From positions 1 to 64,000 of the IMG/VR virus record IMGVR_UViG_3300010376_000001: a stretch of DNA of 64,000 nt. One strand, given 5' to 3'. This DNA is from a virus. The notes beneath the pieces were generated by a model, which ran no database searches, had not been told where the DNA came from, and worked only from the letters and a program-made list of their open reading frames with translations. Below, piece after piece: positions 37,004-46,489 of this stretch (the stretch's first letter is position 1; every line of letters starts with the position of its first letter). The translations under genes were made by a program, and so were the position numbers.

Positions 37004-38070
37004 AGGACAAAGAAGCTGAGGCCGTTGGAGTAAATAAAAACGTGCCCATAGGGGATATCGATTACGTAAGTAGATTGTCCCTGAATCAGGCTGCCATCAC
37101 TGGTAGTAATTGTAATCGGGTATTGATCAGCTGTGCCTGTTTCATCCTTGATTGCCAGGAGCCGGGTCATCCAATTTGTAATCGGCGCCAGCACCACATT
37201 CATTGGCGTAGGGATAGTAGGAAGTGAAATGCCAATGAGAGTTTCCACTCCGGTTAAAAGAATTGGGCTGGCTGAATAATTATGTCGTGAGAAGCTTAGC
37301 CCTATTGGTGCTTGCCAGCTTACTCCCGGATCCGCTGTTGAATCCATGGTCAGTACCAAGCCGTTCATATTGACGGCTGGCACCCTGACATTGGCTTCTC
37401 CGTTAAAAGCAATCAAATCTCCTTTAACCCGGGTAGGCGCGATCTCATCAAAGGAAACCTGCAGCTCGCTCTGAGGCGCCCAGCGCAAGCCTGTTGGAGT
37501 GCTGTTGTCGGTGATAAGAACTTCACCATTATTGTCTGAAACAACGGCAATATTGTGCGCAGCATCATGCCCAATAATCTGACCAGGTCCAGTTAGTGGC
37601 GAAAGATTGTCAAAAGCGCCAAGTGAGGTAGCCGATCCAGTCCCGCCTAAATTGATCCCAAGCGGAGAAGTTAAAACCCAGGGTGGTCCTTGTGGCCCTT
37701 GTAAACCGGAGGGAGCTACTTGAATACCTGTACCTACCTGACTGTCCGGTGGTAAATTTCCTGGATATCCCAGGTTGGTCAGCACCATGACCGAGAGCGT
37801 ACTGACAAAGGCTACCTGGTAGTAGCCGACTCCCATCAGGTAAACTACCTGGTTAGGAGTAGCCCATTCAGCTGGATCAACTGCAACATTAACATTAGAC
37901 CCAACTGCTGGGACAATAAAGGGCGCTGTAGAAATACCAAAAGCGTTCTGGCCATCAATCCCTTGAGGGCCAGTATCTCCTTTAGGACCAGTTGGTCCCG
38001 GCGGACCCGGCGTTCCACTGATCGGAGGACAATCGGGTTCGCATTGGCAACCTAAAGCTATGAGTGACAT
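37000..38070 (-). CDS. collagen-like fibre protein carrying one copy of the shared beta module
   Basis: [23 protein letters not shown], then ..APFIVPAVGSNVNVAVDPAEWATPNQVVYLMGVGYYQV..LTNLGYPGN.., then GLQGPQGPP. Confidence 0.7.
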   Translation of the reverse strand: MSLIALGCQCEPDCPPISGTPGPPGPTGPKGDTGPQGIDGQNAFGISTAPFIVPAVGSNVNVAVDPAEWATPNQVVYLMGVGYYQVAFVSTLSVMVLTNLGYPGNLPPDSQVGTGIQVAPSGLQGPQGPPWVLTSPLGINLGGTGSATSLGAFDNLSPLTGPGQIIGHDAAHNIAVVSDNNGEVLITDNSTPTGLRWAPQSELQVSFDEIAPTRVKGDLIAFNGEANVRVPAVNMNGLVLTMDSTADPGVSWQAPIGLSFSRHNYSASPILLTGVETLIGISLPTIPTPMNVVLAPITNWMTRLLAIKDETGTADQYPITITTSDGSLIQGQSTYVIDIPYGHVFIYSNGLSFFVL

Positions 38071-38417
38071 TATTCTGGCTCTTCTTCAGACATGTCTCCC
38101 CCAGGCTCACCCAAAGCACCAGCAATCTGCTTAGGGCTAACCTTCTTTTTTCCACCACTCACCTTAATCGAATGAACTTTAAGCCGGACATGATGATGGT
38201 GCTGCCCAGGCTTAGTTGGATGCCGTTCCCTAGTGTGGGAATGCTTATGAAAATGGATGGTCGCTTTACCTTCCTCCGGAATATCAGCCATGTCTGGATG
38301 ATCACTGGACATGCTCAAATCCGGAAAAGACGGACCATCGCCACCACCACCACCCATCATTCCGGGTGGGCCACCATCGCCACCTCCTAAAGGAATACCA
38401 TCGCCATCGCCATTCAT
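38070..38417 (-). CDS. Gly/Asp- and His-rich small protein (115 aa)
   Basis: The internal ATG at 38417 is preceded by GGAGAA. The longer track ORF (to 38537) would overlap the lysozyme gene. Sequence MNGDGDGIPLGGGDGGPPGMMGGGGGDG..HFHKHSHTRERHPTKPGQHHHHVRLKVHSIKV.. Confidence 0.5.
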   Translation of the reverse strand: MNGDGDGIPLGGGDGGPPGMMGGGGGDGPSFPDLSMSSDHPDMADIPEEGKATIHFHKHSHTRERHPTKPGQHHHHVRLKVHSIKVSGGKKKVSPKQIAGALGEPGGDMSEEEPE

Positions 38418-38430
38418 ATTTGTTCTCCGA

Positions 38431-39171
38431 TTATGTGGGTGGATTTTGCTGTAGCACAACAATGTTAACGTTAGCTGGACAGTAAATGGTAACCGTAGCC
38501 GTCTCAGGCGATGGCGGCAACGGGGCAGGAGTTCCACCAGACCACTCAGCTATGAGCTGATCTTCAGTGCCATCAAAAGCATTCATATCACATGCTCCAC
38601 ATCCAGCAGCGCTGTGCGGCTCGGGGCCAGTGCTCCCGTCAGTAAATTGCCAAAGCCAATAGCCCTGCGTAGCCCAGGCTGCGGGCACCTGAGGAGTATC
38701 GCCATACTGGCAAAGCCAGAGGCGTCGCGCGCTCCAAAACTCAGAAGCGTCATTGCCCAGCGTCTCCTTGATCCGATTACCAGAATAAAGCACCGTCTGG
38801 TTTGGACGCTGCTGCTGGTCCTCGACCTTCTGAACCCATTCTTGAGCTTGCGCCAGAAGCATGGTGTTGGACTGATTGTCCTCAAAGTCCAGAATGATCA
38901 TGTCGTCATTGGTCGGAGTAGCATAGGCTAGAAAGTTATTAACTTGTTTATTAACCTCGCTGGCATCACCGAAATGGTAGGCACCCCAGAGCAAACCGGC
39001 GGCATAGGCAGCAGCCCGTGCGTCATGATAAGTCGGATCTTGATAACCAGTACCTTCAGTTGCTTTCCAGATTACCCCTACACATCCGGCATCAGCTAAG
39101 GCACTGAGGTCAGCTGGCCACTCATAATGACTCAGGTCGGGAATAAAAACTTGGGTTGGTTTCCAATTCAT
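38431..39171 (-). CDS. GH25-family lysozyme (endolysin)
   Basis: ..IPDLSHYEW.., ..VGVIWKATEGTGYQDPTY.., ..GAYHFG.. and ..ILDFED.. follow the GH25 muramidase motif order. Confidence 0.85.
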   Translation of the reverse strand: MNWKPTQVFIPDLSHYEWPADLSALADAGCVGVIWKATEGTGYQDPTYHDARAAAYAAGLLWGAYHFGDASEVNKQVNNFLAYATPTNDDMIILDFEDNQSNTMLLAQAQEWVQKVEDQQQRPNQTVLYSGNRIKETLGNDASEFWSARRLWLCQYGDTPQVPAAWATQGYWLWQFTDGSTGPEPHSAAGCGACDMNAFDGTEDQLIAEWSGGTPAPLPPSPETATVTIYCPANVNIVVLQQNPPT

Positions 39172-39668
39172 TTGGATGGTGATGGGTAAGCTTTTTCTAT
39201 CTCCAAAGGAGCTACAGCTCGGTGTATTGCATCCAAAATTTTGGTATCATTTTCCATCTGCTGATTCTGATTAGCCAGCATCTTGGTCTGATTGGAAAGT
39301 TCAGTGAGTTGCCTGTTCTCAAAACTTAAAAGCTCATCTCCAAACTTCCGCAATATTTCCCGATTAGCCGCTGAATCGGCATTTCCCTGATGAAATTCGT
39401 CAGAGGATTGCTTGATCCATTTGCGATTCTCGGCAATCCAGTCATGGACATCGTTAATCTGCTGGCGCACCTCCTGCCTGATCCGCTCTTGCCCTTGCAG
39501 ATTCTGCTGGCCAGTGTTCTGGGTCGCAAACCAATTGCCCAGGCCGCTGATGCCAACCAGAACAAGTACTCCGAATTGAATCATTTTATCACCACTGGCT
39601 GCCAGTGTAGAAAGTAGTTTGCTTGTACCATTTGTATCCTGTGGTGTTTTAGGCTGTGGTTGTGTCAT
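39168..39668 (-). CDS. N-terminally anchored coiled-coil membrane protein; holin or i-spanin candidate
   Basis: One TM helix (MIQFGVLVLVGISGLGNWFA) followed by a Gln/Glu/Asn-rich helical domain. ATGA overlap with the lysozyme gene. Confidence 0.45.
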   Translation of the reverse strand: MTQPQPKTPQDTNGTSKLLSTLAASGDKMIQFGVLVLVGISGLGNWFATQNTGQQNLQGQERIRQEVRQQINDVHDWIAENRKWIKQSSDEFHQGNADSAANREILRKFGDELLSFENRQLTELSNQTKMLANQNQQMENDTKILDAIHRAVAPLEIEKAYPSPSK

Positions 39669-39843
39669 ACCGGCTCAGTAACTGAGCTGCATCTTCTTCC
39701 ATTAATCGGTAAACAAACTTATCAGCTTCACTTAATGCGTCTTCAGGCTTCATACTTTTAGCAGCTACAAGTTGCATAGCTACATGAAGCCGAATTTGAT
39801 AAACGCTTTGCCCATACAAACTGACTATTTGTTGTTTAGTCAC
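39649..39843 (-). CDS. small hypothetical protein
   Basis: GTGA overlap with the upstream gene. 64 aa, helical, no TM segment. Confidence 0.45.
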   Translation of the reverse strand: MTKQQIVSLYGQSVYQIRLHVAMQLVAAKSMKPEDALSEADKFVYRLMEEDAAQLLSRYDTTTA

Positions 39844-40166
39844 ACTGCGCCCATAGCCTGAAGAAATGTACGCGGATTTCCTCCGCCTTGCTGAGCACCA
39901 GCCGTAGCCGCAGCACCTCCCGGCGCCGGCGGTGCACCAGCGCGTTGCGCTGCTGCTTGTTCCTCACCGCCTTCCACTGGTAAACCATCCAGGGCCAGAA
40001 GTTGGCACTTGCCATCTTCGCCTACAGAAAGCGTAGCAACTGCATCAAATGATTCACCTGGTTCAGTATCGTCTGGAACCTGGAATCCGGCCGGCAGATC
40101 AAATTCAACTGGCATAAGCTTAGGATATGAGTAAATGCCGGAAGAGTGAACAAGCTCTTCCGGCAC
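39840..40166 (-). CDS. small acidic protein downstream of the capsid gene (decoration or cement candidate)
   Basis: 108 aa with ..EPGESFDAVATLSVGEDGKCQLLALDGLPV.. and an Ala/Gly-rich tail. The call is by position only. GTG start without a clear Shine-Dalgarno. Confidence 0.35.
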   Translation of the reverse strand: MPEELVHSSGIYSYPKLMPVEFDLPAGFQVPDDTEPGESFDAVATLSVGEDGKCQLLALDGLPVEGGEEQAAAQRAGAPPAPGGAAATAGAQQGGGNPRTFLQAMGAV

Positions 40167-40188
40167 TCTATGCTTCTAGGGCGTTTGT

Positions 40189-41355
40189 TTAGCTGGTCGG
40201 ACAAGCCGACATATCAAGGAACGTATCGCACCGTAAATGCCGGATCACGTAAGCAAAAGCCGGAATAACCGGCTTGGTACCTTGCATGAAAATGGCACGG
40301 AAAAATCCAATCGTTCCATCAGGGTTATCCGTCTGGTGTGGGATATTGAGCCACTTGAATTCACCCCGATAACTTACCGGGTCAAACCGAGTATTCCCAC
40401 CAGGAGATGTGATCGGCGACGGGACCAGGCTGATCATGACATCATTGTGGAAAATGACTGAATCAGTGTACTGCGCATTCTCATACACTGGATCAATATT
40501 GGCCTTGTTTCCTTGTGTCGCTGGGCTGTTTACATACGGGTATCGTCTGACCCAGTTACCGGCAGAAAAATCCCAACGAGCTGGAAGGTCATCTACGATA
40601 TGGAAAAAGCCGCCATAAGAGCGCTCAACCCCTAAAGGAGCCAGTAGCTCATTTGAGCGCGAACTGAACCGGTAATCCTCACGGATATTGATGTTCTGCT
40701 TAATCAAGTTTTCACTGGTTTCCGCATCCGTAATCAGTCCGTAAACCGGCCGGCCGTTTTCACGATCCAACGGATTAAGCGAGCCACCATCACGGTTAAG
40801 CTTCATGTAGAACTTGCGCAGGATCCCTTGGGTCAACGTTGCCGTGGGTACAGTGGTAGGAAATCCACCTCCGGCGCCATCTGGGAAACCGGCTGCAGCA
40901 ATAACCTGATGCCCGGCAATCCGGGTATACTCATCCCGGTATCGATTGATCCAGGCGTATGCGCTGTTTTCAGTCAGCACATACATCATGTTGGTCAGCT
41001 GCTCCTTGCGCTTAAACGCCACCCGCAAGTCATTGACGCAGAGCGGTGGACTCTGGAGCGCCATGTGCTGCAGCTGGTATTGGAGCAAGGTTTGTGCGTA
41101 ATCGACCTCGGTCGTAGGCGGTAAACAGGTGCCGCCGGCCGTGCCAGTCGAAATACCAACATTCTGCCAGCCAAGCGGATATGCTGGCAGCGAGCGTTCG
41201 TAAGTCAGAACTGAGATGATCTGACCCATTTCCTCAGGAAACTCTTCTTGTTTAATGAGTTTCAACCAAGGGGACATATTGAGCGTGCGCCGGTAGATAT
41301 CCGGCCCGATACGCCCAGATTCCAGGATTAGCTGTTCCTGAATTGTGTAAGCCAT
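40189..41355 (-). CDS. putative major capsid protein
   Basis: 388 aa, preceded by the only large non-coding gap of the late arm (176 nt). Size, composition and N-terminal pattern (..NMSPWLKLIKQEEFPEEMGQIISVLTYER..) resemble HK97-fold coat proteins of podophages as I recall them. Not verified. Confidence 0.55.
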   Translation of the reverse strand: MAYTIQEQLILESGRIGPDIYRRTLNMSPWLKLIKQEEFPEEMGQIISVLTYERSLPAYPLGWQNVGISTGTAGGTCLPPTTEVDYAQTLLQYQLQHMALQSPPLCVNDLRVAFKRKEQLTNMMYVLTENSAYAWINRYRDEYTRIAGHQVIAAAGFPDGAGGGFPTTVPTATLTQGILRKFYMKLNRDGGSLNPLDRENGRPVYGLITDAETSENLIKQNINIREDYRFSSRSNELLAPLGVERSYGGFFHIVDDLPARWDFSAGNWVRRYPYVNSPATQGNKANIDPVYENAQYTDSVIFHNDVMISLVPSPITSPGGNTRFDPVSYRGEFKWLNIPHQTDNPDGTIGFFRAIFMQGTKPVIPAFAYVIRHLRCDTFLDMSACPTS

Positions 41356-41531
41356 TTGAGTAACTTTCCAAGAGACAAAGTGAGACTAGGAGATCGATTT
41401 AGAGAGCCGATCAACCAACTCTGCCCAAGGAGGAATACTCAGGCCGTACACTCAGAGTTTGGAAATGTCACCCAATTTGGACCGGCAGGGGGATCGCCGT
41501 AGGATAAGAGTGCTAGGAATTCTCGAAAAAA

Positions 41532-42416
41532 TCAAGTCTTTATGATCTGGTTGTAAACAATAAATGGCATCATGGTATTATGCGCTACCCCAGAACCATT
41601 ATTGCCGCTGCTGGCGGTAATACCTGTCCCTGCTCCAGCGGTATTAGCCGTGCTTGCACCATCAGAGGTGTTCGTACTAGGTCCACCGGTATTTACCCAG
41701 CCAGAATTAGTCTGACTAGCGTATACTGTACTCCCAGCCGGGAGCGAAGCAGCTGCTACCGTATCGCCCGTGGCGCGAGCATCAGTTGAGTAACCGTAGG
41801 CTGTTCCACCAAGAGAATTTACGCCACTTCCACCAGCGGCGTTTAAAGCATATCCCATCGCATGAGCATGCGTCGCGGCATTTAAACCGTGAGAGTGAGA
41901 AAAACCGGCGCCAATATTGTGGTAGTGATCCATCCCATGCACATGATTTCCCAGTGTATGGGTATGAGCGTGCCCATGAACATGGGTACCTGGATCACTG
42001 ATACTGATCGTATGATTATGGGCAGCTAGTTCAGCTGTAATCAGCGCGTGTTTTTCTTCTCCGCCGATATCGCCCACCGATCTGGCCGTTAATCCCGTTC
42101 CTTGCCCAGCACCAACCTTGGCTCTACCTCGACCATCCGGAACATTAAATGTGCCGCCACTGCCGCCAAACGTATAACCAATCACGGCAAACAGATTGGC
42201 CATGGCGCCAGTCGTGGAATAACTGGAGCCATCCACCATTACATACCCAGGCGGTGCTGTACTTCCGGCATAATCGAAAATACACCCAGTTGGAACACCA
42301 CCTATAGCCGCACCACCCGGACCTTGAATCCCTTGCGGCCCTTGCGCACCGGCTGGAGTAACCAGTGACGCATTAGGTACACTGGTACCGGGGATAGCCT
42401 GGCCGGTCGCGCTCAT
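41532..42416 (-). CDS. tail-collar / HxH fibre protein
   Basis: [13 protein letters not shown], the collar motif ..PPGYVMVDGSSYSTTGAMANLFAVIG..TFNVPDGRGR..GGEEKHALITAEL.. and the HxH run HNHTISISDPGTHVHGHAHTHTLGNHVHGMDHYHN..HSHG..HAHA. The N-terminus and nt 42318-42350 are near-identical to 23371-23403. Confidence 0.8.
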   Translation of the reverse strand: MSATGQAIPGTSVPNASLVTPAGAQGPQGIQGPGGAAIGGVPTGCIFDYAGSTAPPGYVMVDGSSYSTTGAMANLFAVIGYTFGGSGGTFNVPDGRGRAKVGAGQGTGLTARSVGDIGGEEKHALITAELAAHNHTISISDPGTHVHGHAHTHTLGNHVHGMDHYHNIGAGFSHSHGLNAATHAHAMGYALNAAGGSGVNSLGGTAYGYSTDARATGDTVAAASLPAGSTVYASQTNSGWVNTGGPSTNTSDGASTANTAGAGTGITASSGNNGSGVAHNTMMPFIVYNQIIKT

Positions 42417-43582
42417 AGGAATAGCAGGTAACCCTGGCCATCACCACCTCCAACCAGAAGCACTTGCACACCAGCCGAAATACTTGTTGCCGCTGCATCA
42501 AGCTGTGTTGCTCCAGCTCCAGCAAGAGTATTAGCCCAGATCCACCAGCAATTTATTGCATTCCCAGCTACATCAGTTGCCTTGATCTGGTAGGTGCTCG
42601 CGGCACTAGCATAAGCATTCAATATTCGAACCATGAAATGCGAACCGTAAGCAACATGCTGAAAGGTCACCACCAATGACCCAGCGGCACCGCTGGTGCC
42701 GACACTGGCAAAGTAGCAAACACTGGTAAACCCGGCGCACTCGATTGAGTGTGTTCCAGGATTAACCAAAGTGACTCTGCGGAAAAGTGGACTTAAAACT
42801 CTCCAAGAGGTGCCGTCATAAACGGCCAAGTGAGTTCCGACGGGCAGTTCTAGGGCGGTTGTTAAAGCTACATTTGCCTTGTTAACAACCGGTTTTGCTC
42901 CAGTGCCATTGACGTTTAAGGTCGGGTTCGCAGCATTATTTCCTATGGAAATAGTGAAAGAAACGACCACCCCTGCTACCAAGGTAAAATCGCTCGCCAC
43001 AGTTATGGCATAAGCTAACGTGTTAGTGGTATCAGCTCCGTAGTAACGACCTACAGCTGGAGCAAAAAGATGTGAATCACTGCCCAGCTTAACAATGTTC
43101 CCGGCATCAGTACTAATGAGAGGATGACTGGCATTGTCTCCACCGATATAATCAGTGGCATTACCACTGATCGTATTCATCAGCCCAGGACCAGAAGTTG
43201 ATGCTAAATCCTCCGGTACATAAACTAGGTTATCTGAACCAAGCTCAGCCAAATTACCGGCATCGGTACTGACTAATTCTTCTGGCCCGGCAAAAACATT
43301 GAGCAAGGTCACCTGGTTTGTACTGATGGCCTGTACCTGAAAGCAGCCAGCCTGACCACTACCGCCAGCGCCTTCAACATAAACCATCTGACCAACAGTT
43401 AACCAGCTGGGATCGGCTACTGTAACAACTACAGTCCAACCGTAATTAGGTACGGTAAAAGCGCCTACCGTTTCAGTTGTGCCACCAAAACCACCGGTAC
43501 CCTGCTGACCGCCGGGGCTAACTTGAGTGCCGCTTGGTACTATAGTCCCGGGTGGTGCTTGACGTATTTCGACTTCCGGCAT
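42413..43582 (-). CDS. fibre protein with the shared beta module and a C-terminal domain paralogous to 23475..26156
   Basis: ..FTVPNYGWTVVVTVADPSWLTVGQMVYVEGAG..; C-terminal ..NPTLNVNGTGAKPVVNK..YDGTSWRV..IECAGF.. Confidence 0.75.
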   Translation of the reverse strand: MPEVEIRQAPPGTIVPSGTQVSPGGQQGTGGFGGTTETVGAFTVPNYGWTVVVTVADPSWLTVGQMVYVEGAGGSGQAGCFQVQAISTNQVTLLNVFAGPEELVSTDAGNLAELGSDNLVYVPEDLASTSGPGLMNTISGNATDYIGGDNASHPLISTDAGNIVKLGSDSHLFAPAVGRYYGADTTNTLAYAITVASDFTLVAGVVVSFTISIGNNAANPTLNVNGTGAKPVVNKANVALTTALELPVGTHLAVYDGTSWRVLSPLFRRVTLVNPGTHSIECAGFTSVCYFASVGTSGAAGSLVVTFQHVAYGSHFMVRILNAYASAASTYQIKATDVAGNAINCWWIWANTLAGAGATQLDAAATSISAGVQVLLVGGGDGQGYLLFL

Positions 43583-43585
43583 AAT

Positions 43586-46330
43586 TCACCAAGTGGTATC
43601 CACCGAATAATGATAAATAGCCACTGCTGAGCTAGCTGGTGGCGCTCCAGGCAAATATCCACCACCTTTTTCATTTACCAAGGAGGCGGTCACTGCCACA
43701 TCTCCACCTACGGCACCGGCTGTAGTTCTAGAACTGATCGAACCTACTGTACCGTTATCATAAGAAAAAAGAGTTACAGTTGGTGTTCTAGCAAGCGGCT
43801 TAGATAATACTGGAAATCCCCAAGCTCCTGCATTGCCTGCTCCCCAAACGGAATTGACAAAACCAGCTGCTGTTTTGGCTCCGGCTGCTGTAGGTGCAGT
43901 AGCATAAGCCAATGATTTTTGATAAAAACGTAAGCAACGGTCATAATTAGTCTGCCAATCAACATCAATCAGCGGTGAACAGTCGCTACCAACCTCGTGT
44001 TGAACAAAAAATAACGTGATCCCATTATTGACCGTTGCCAGAACGTTGTCCTGTCCTTGCGCTCCATAAAAATTACCGCTATTCCATGTTCCATTAGACG
44101 GTGCTGTATATGTCGTTCCAGCAGCTAGACAAATTCCAAGCTGATAACCAACTGTCCCAGGTGTTCCAACATTTGCTAGACTCGTTGGAAATGGAGCCAA
44201 GTTTGGAATCTGGATTGTCTGTGCTGTGTTAGAATACGGCAGTAATGTCAACAAATAAGTCAGAGTTGTAGCTCTACCAGAATCAGCTATACTCAATCCT
44301 AACTTGAAAGTTCCGGCAGCATTATTGCAAGCCACTATCGTAAAAGAATGGCTTCCGCTAAATATCTCTCTAAACTGCGAACCTTCTACTATCTGCTGAA
44401 GCATTACATAATCAGTAGCAGCAAGTGAAGCTTTAGCTGTGCCGACAGCTATCTTGATTCCATTTATAAAGCTAGGAAAATAGCTACCTGAAATAGCAGC
44501 CCGACTAGTATTAACATTTGGTGCTAATGGTCCAAAAATAATCCAGCGGTCACAAATTCGAGTATTATTAGCTGGAGCGTTCTTGGTTGGCGTGGCGGTC
44601 TGGTCAATCTCGAAATTGGCGTTCTGAATTGCATTAAAACTATTGGAACGAACTGCCCAGATAACTGGTTTAGCCACCGTTGTAAGGTTGGTCCAACCTT
44701 GGCTCTGACGCACATAAGACTGAAAATCATTTGGCGCATCGGCCTGGATCGGATCTGGTGTCCAGACTGAATTCTGGCGCACATAAATCTTGCCATCCGT
44801 AGATGCTTCCAGTACCGGAACAGGAGTCCAGGTCTTATTCTCCCGGGCATAAAGTCCTCCGTCATTAGGTGCCTCACCTACTTCTGGCTCAGCCTTTTGG
44901 TTGTACAGAGTAACAGTGTTTCCGGTCTTTGCCGTACAGACCAAGGTGGCCGCATTGCCAGGACTACCCATATTACCAACCCAGACAGTCTGCCCGACTA
45001 CAATCCAGCTGGCATCAGCTAGTGTCACCGTGGTAGAAGCACCCACTGCCGGAACAGTAAAATTGGCTAAGGTAGTCGTAGAAGCCGTTCCCGGCGGACC
45101 GGGTACAGTCGAATCCGCTCCTGATGGACCAGCTGGTCCTTGTGCGCCTGTAGAACCAGTTGCACCGGGATTTCCCTGCGGTCCTTGTGGCCCGGTTAAG
45201 CCAGGATCTCCCGTTGCACCAGTTGGACCCATCGGGCCAGCTGGACCCATTGGTCCTGGAACAACTGAATCTGCTCCAGCTGGTCCCTGTGGTCCGGTTG
45301 GGCCAGCTGGTCCGGTCGCACCGGTATTTCCAGTCGGGCCTTGCGGCCCAGCTGGACCTTGAATTGGACCAATATCAATCCAGCTTGTGCCTTGCCATAC
45401 CCAACCATGACCAGTATCCAGGGCGGTATAGCAATCATTTGGCTGATTCCCGGTTGTTGGCAGACTGGCAGCAGTAGGCACTGTGCCTTTCATATTTAAG
45501 CCAACACCGGCTGGACCTTCCGGTCCGATTGGTCCTGGTGGACCAGCTACTCCGGTTGCACCCTGCGGCCCAGTTGCACCAACATCACCTTGCAGACCTT
45601 GCGGCCCGGTTGCGCCCGTATTACCAGTTGGTCCCGACGGTCCAGTTGAACCTTGCGGCCCGGTCGCACCGGTTGTGCCCTGAATTCCTTGCGGCCCCTG
45701 CGGTCCGGGGACAGTTGAATCTGCTCCCGCTGGTCCTTGAGGACCAGTTGCACCGATATTACCCTGCGGTCCTTGTGGGCCAGTTAACCCTGTCGCCCCG
45801 GTTGCACCGGTATTTCCTTGCGGCCCGGGCACTCCTTGCGGCCCAGTATCGCCTTTTGGTCCTTGTGGACCAACATCGCCTGTTTCACCCTGCGGACCTT
45901 GAACTCCCGGTGGTCCTTGTGGCCCAACCGGCCCTCCTGGTGTTCCCGGCGGTCCTTGTGGTCCAGTTGGACCAGCTGGCCCCGGTTCACCGGGTGGAAT
46001 TACTTCCCAAGCTTCGTTCTGGCGTCCGTAAAGTTCACCATCAGTGGGCGCCTCGGGAATGCCACCGCCCCCGCCCCCGCTACCGCCTTTAATTACTTGC
46101 GCCGCAGTGAGTAACGCAGCTGCCTCGAAATCTATGTTCCTCTCGCCATAGGCATAGTACTCTCCGAAAATCTTGAGTATTTCCGGGTCGATTTTGCCAC
46201 CGTCTTTATTGACCTGGGCGAGCGCAAGAGTCGCTGCCGTTTCCGGATTCCAGTTACCCTGTCCTTGGGCCAGGTAATCCTTAAAAAGCTTGAGCGTTGC
46301 TGGATCAATGTCTGGATAGGTTTGCGGCAT
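43586..46330 (-). CDS. long collagen-like fibre protein (914 aa)
   Basis: More than 250 residues of G-X-Y with GADS(T/V)VPGP interruptions. Four EAPxDG..Y.R.N..W motifs, one shared beta module, and an AT-richer C-terminal domain paralogous to that of 21400..23478. Confidence 0.8.
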   Translation of the reverse strand: MPQTYPDIDPATLKLFKDYLAQGQGNWNPETAATLALAQVNKDGGKIDPEILKIFGEYYAYGERNIDFEAAALLTAAQVIKGGSGGGGGGIPEAPTDGELYGRQNEAWEVIPPGEPGPAGPTGPQGPPGTPGGPVGPQGPPGVQGPQGETGDVGPQGPKGDTGPQGVPGPQGNTGATGATGLTGPQGPQGNIGATGPQGPAGADSTVPGPQGPQGIQGTTGATGPQGSTGPSGPTGNTGATGPQGLQGDVGATGPQGATGVAGPPGPIGPEGPAGVGLNMKGTVPTAASLPTTGNQPNDCYTALDTGHGWVWQGTSWIDIGPIQGPAGPQGPTGNTGATGPAGPTGPQGPAGADSVVPGPMGPAGPMGPTGATGDPGLTGPQGPQGNPGATGSTGAQGPAGPSGADSTVPGPPGTASTTTLANFTVPAVGASTTVTLADASWIVVGQTVWVGNMGSPGNAATLVCTAKTGNTVTLYNQKAEPEVGEAPNDGGLYARENKTWTPVPVLEASTDGKIYVRQNSVWTPDPIQADAPNDFQSYVRQSQGWTNLTTVAKPVIWAVRSNSFNAIQNANFEIDQTATPTKNAPANNTRICDRWIIFGPLAPNVNTSRAAISGSYFPSFINGIKIAVGTAKASLAATDYVMLQQIVEGSQFREIFSGSHSFTIVACNNAAGTFKLGLSIADSGRATTLTYLLTLLPYSNTAQTIQIPNLAPFPTSLANVGTPGTVGYQLGICLAAGTTYTAPSNGTWNSGNFYGAQGQDNVLATVNNGITLFFVQHEVGSDCSPLIDVDWQTNYDRCLRFYQKSLAYATAPTAAGAKTAAGFVNSVWGAGNAGAWGFPVLSKPLARTPTVTLFSYDNGTVGSISSRTTAGAVGGDVAVTASLVNEKGGGYLPGAPPASSAVAIYHYSVDTTW

Positions 46331-46348
46331 TGTTCCACGTGGAACAAA

Positions 46349-46489
46349 TCATTTCTTCTTGGTCGGTCGACGACGTACTCTACGGAAATCAGCCTTTTCG
46401 TGCGGTTTATACTCGGAATGCGACTCCTTACGAACCTTCTCACTGGCCGCTAGGCCAGACTTGCCAACTGTAAATCCACCTTTTGCCAT
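46349..46489 (-). CDS. 46-aa basic protein (below the ORF-track cutoff)
   Basis: The ATG overlaps the upstream TAA (TAATG). Translation MAKGGFTVGKSGLAASEKVRKESHSEYKPHEKADFRRVRRRPTKKK. It fills an otherwise unexplained gap. Confidence 0.4.
   Translation of the reverse strand: MAKGGFTVGKSGLAASEKVRKESHSEYKPHEKADFRRVRRRPTKKK

Noticed and set aside
38418-38537. The N-terminal extension of track ORF 38070..38537, which overlaps the lysozyme gene end.
   Set aside because: The extension overlaps the 3' end of the well-supported GH25 gene in another frame. The internal ATG at 38417 has a GGAGAA Shine-Dalgarno sequence.
39326-39565. An embedded same-strand ORF (79 aa) inside the TM/coiled-coil gene, considered as an Rz1-like o-spanin.
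   Set aside because: It has no lipobox: the sequence ..LASRIC.. has Arg and Ile at positions -2 and -1. It is not Pro-rich and is longer than typical embedded o-spanins.
45160-46114. Multiple 60-190-codon ORFs in other frames and on the plus strand inside the collagen-like region of 43586..46330, for example 45529..46092.
   Set aside because: These are artefacts of GC-rich triplet-periodic G-X-Y coding sequence, which is stop-poor in several frames. Their translations are Leu/Pro/Arg/Gln low complexity. The same applies to 59529..59993, 59534..59944, 59630..59974 and 59649..60017 within the plus-strand fibre gene, and to 24367..25742 within 23475..26156.
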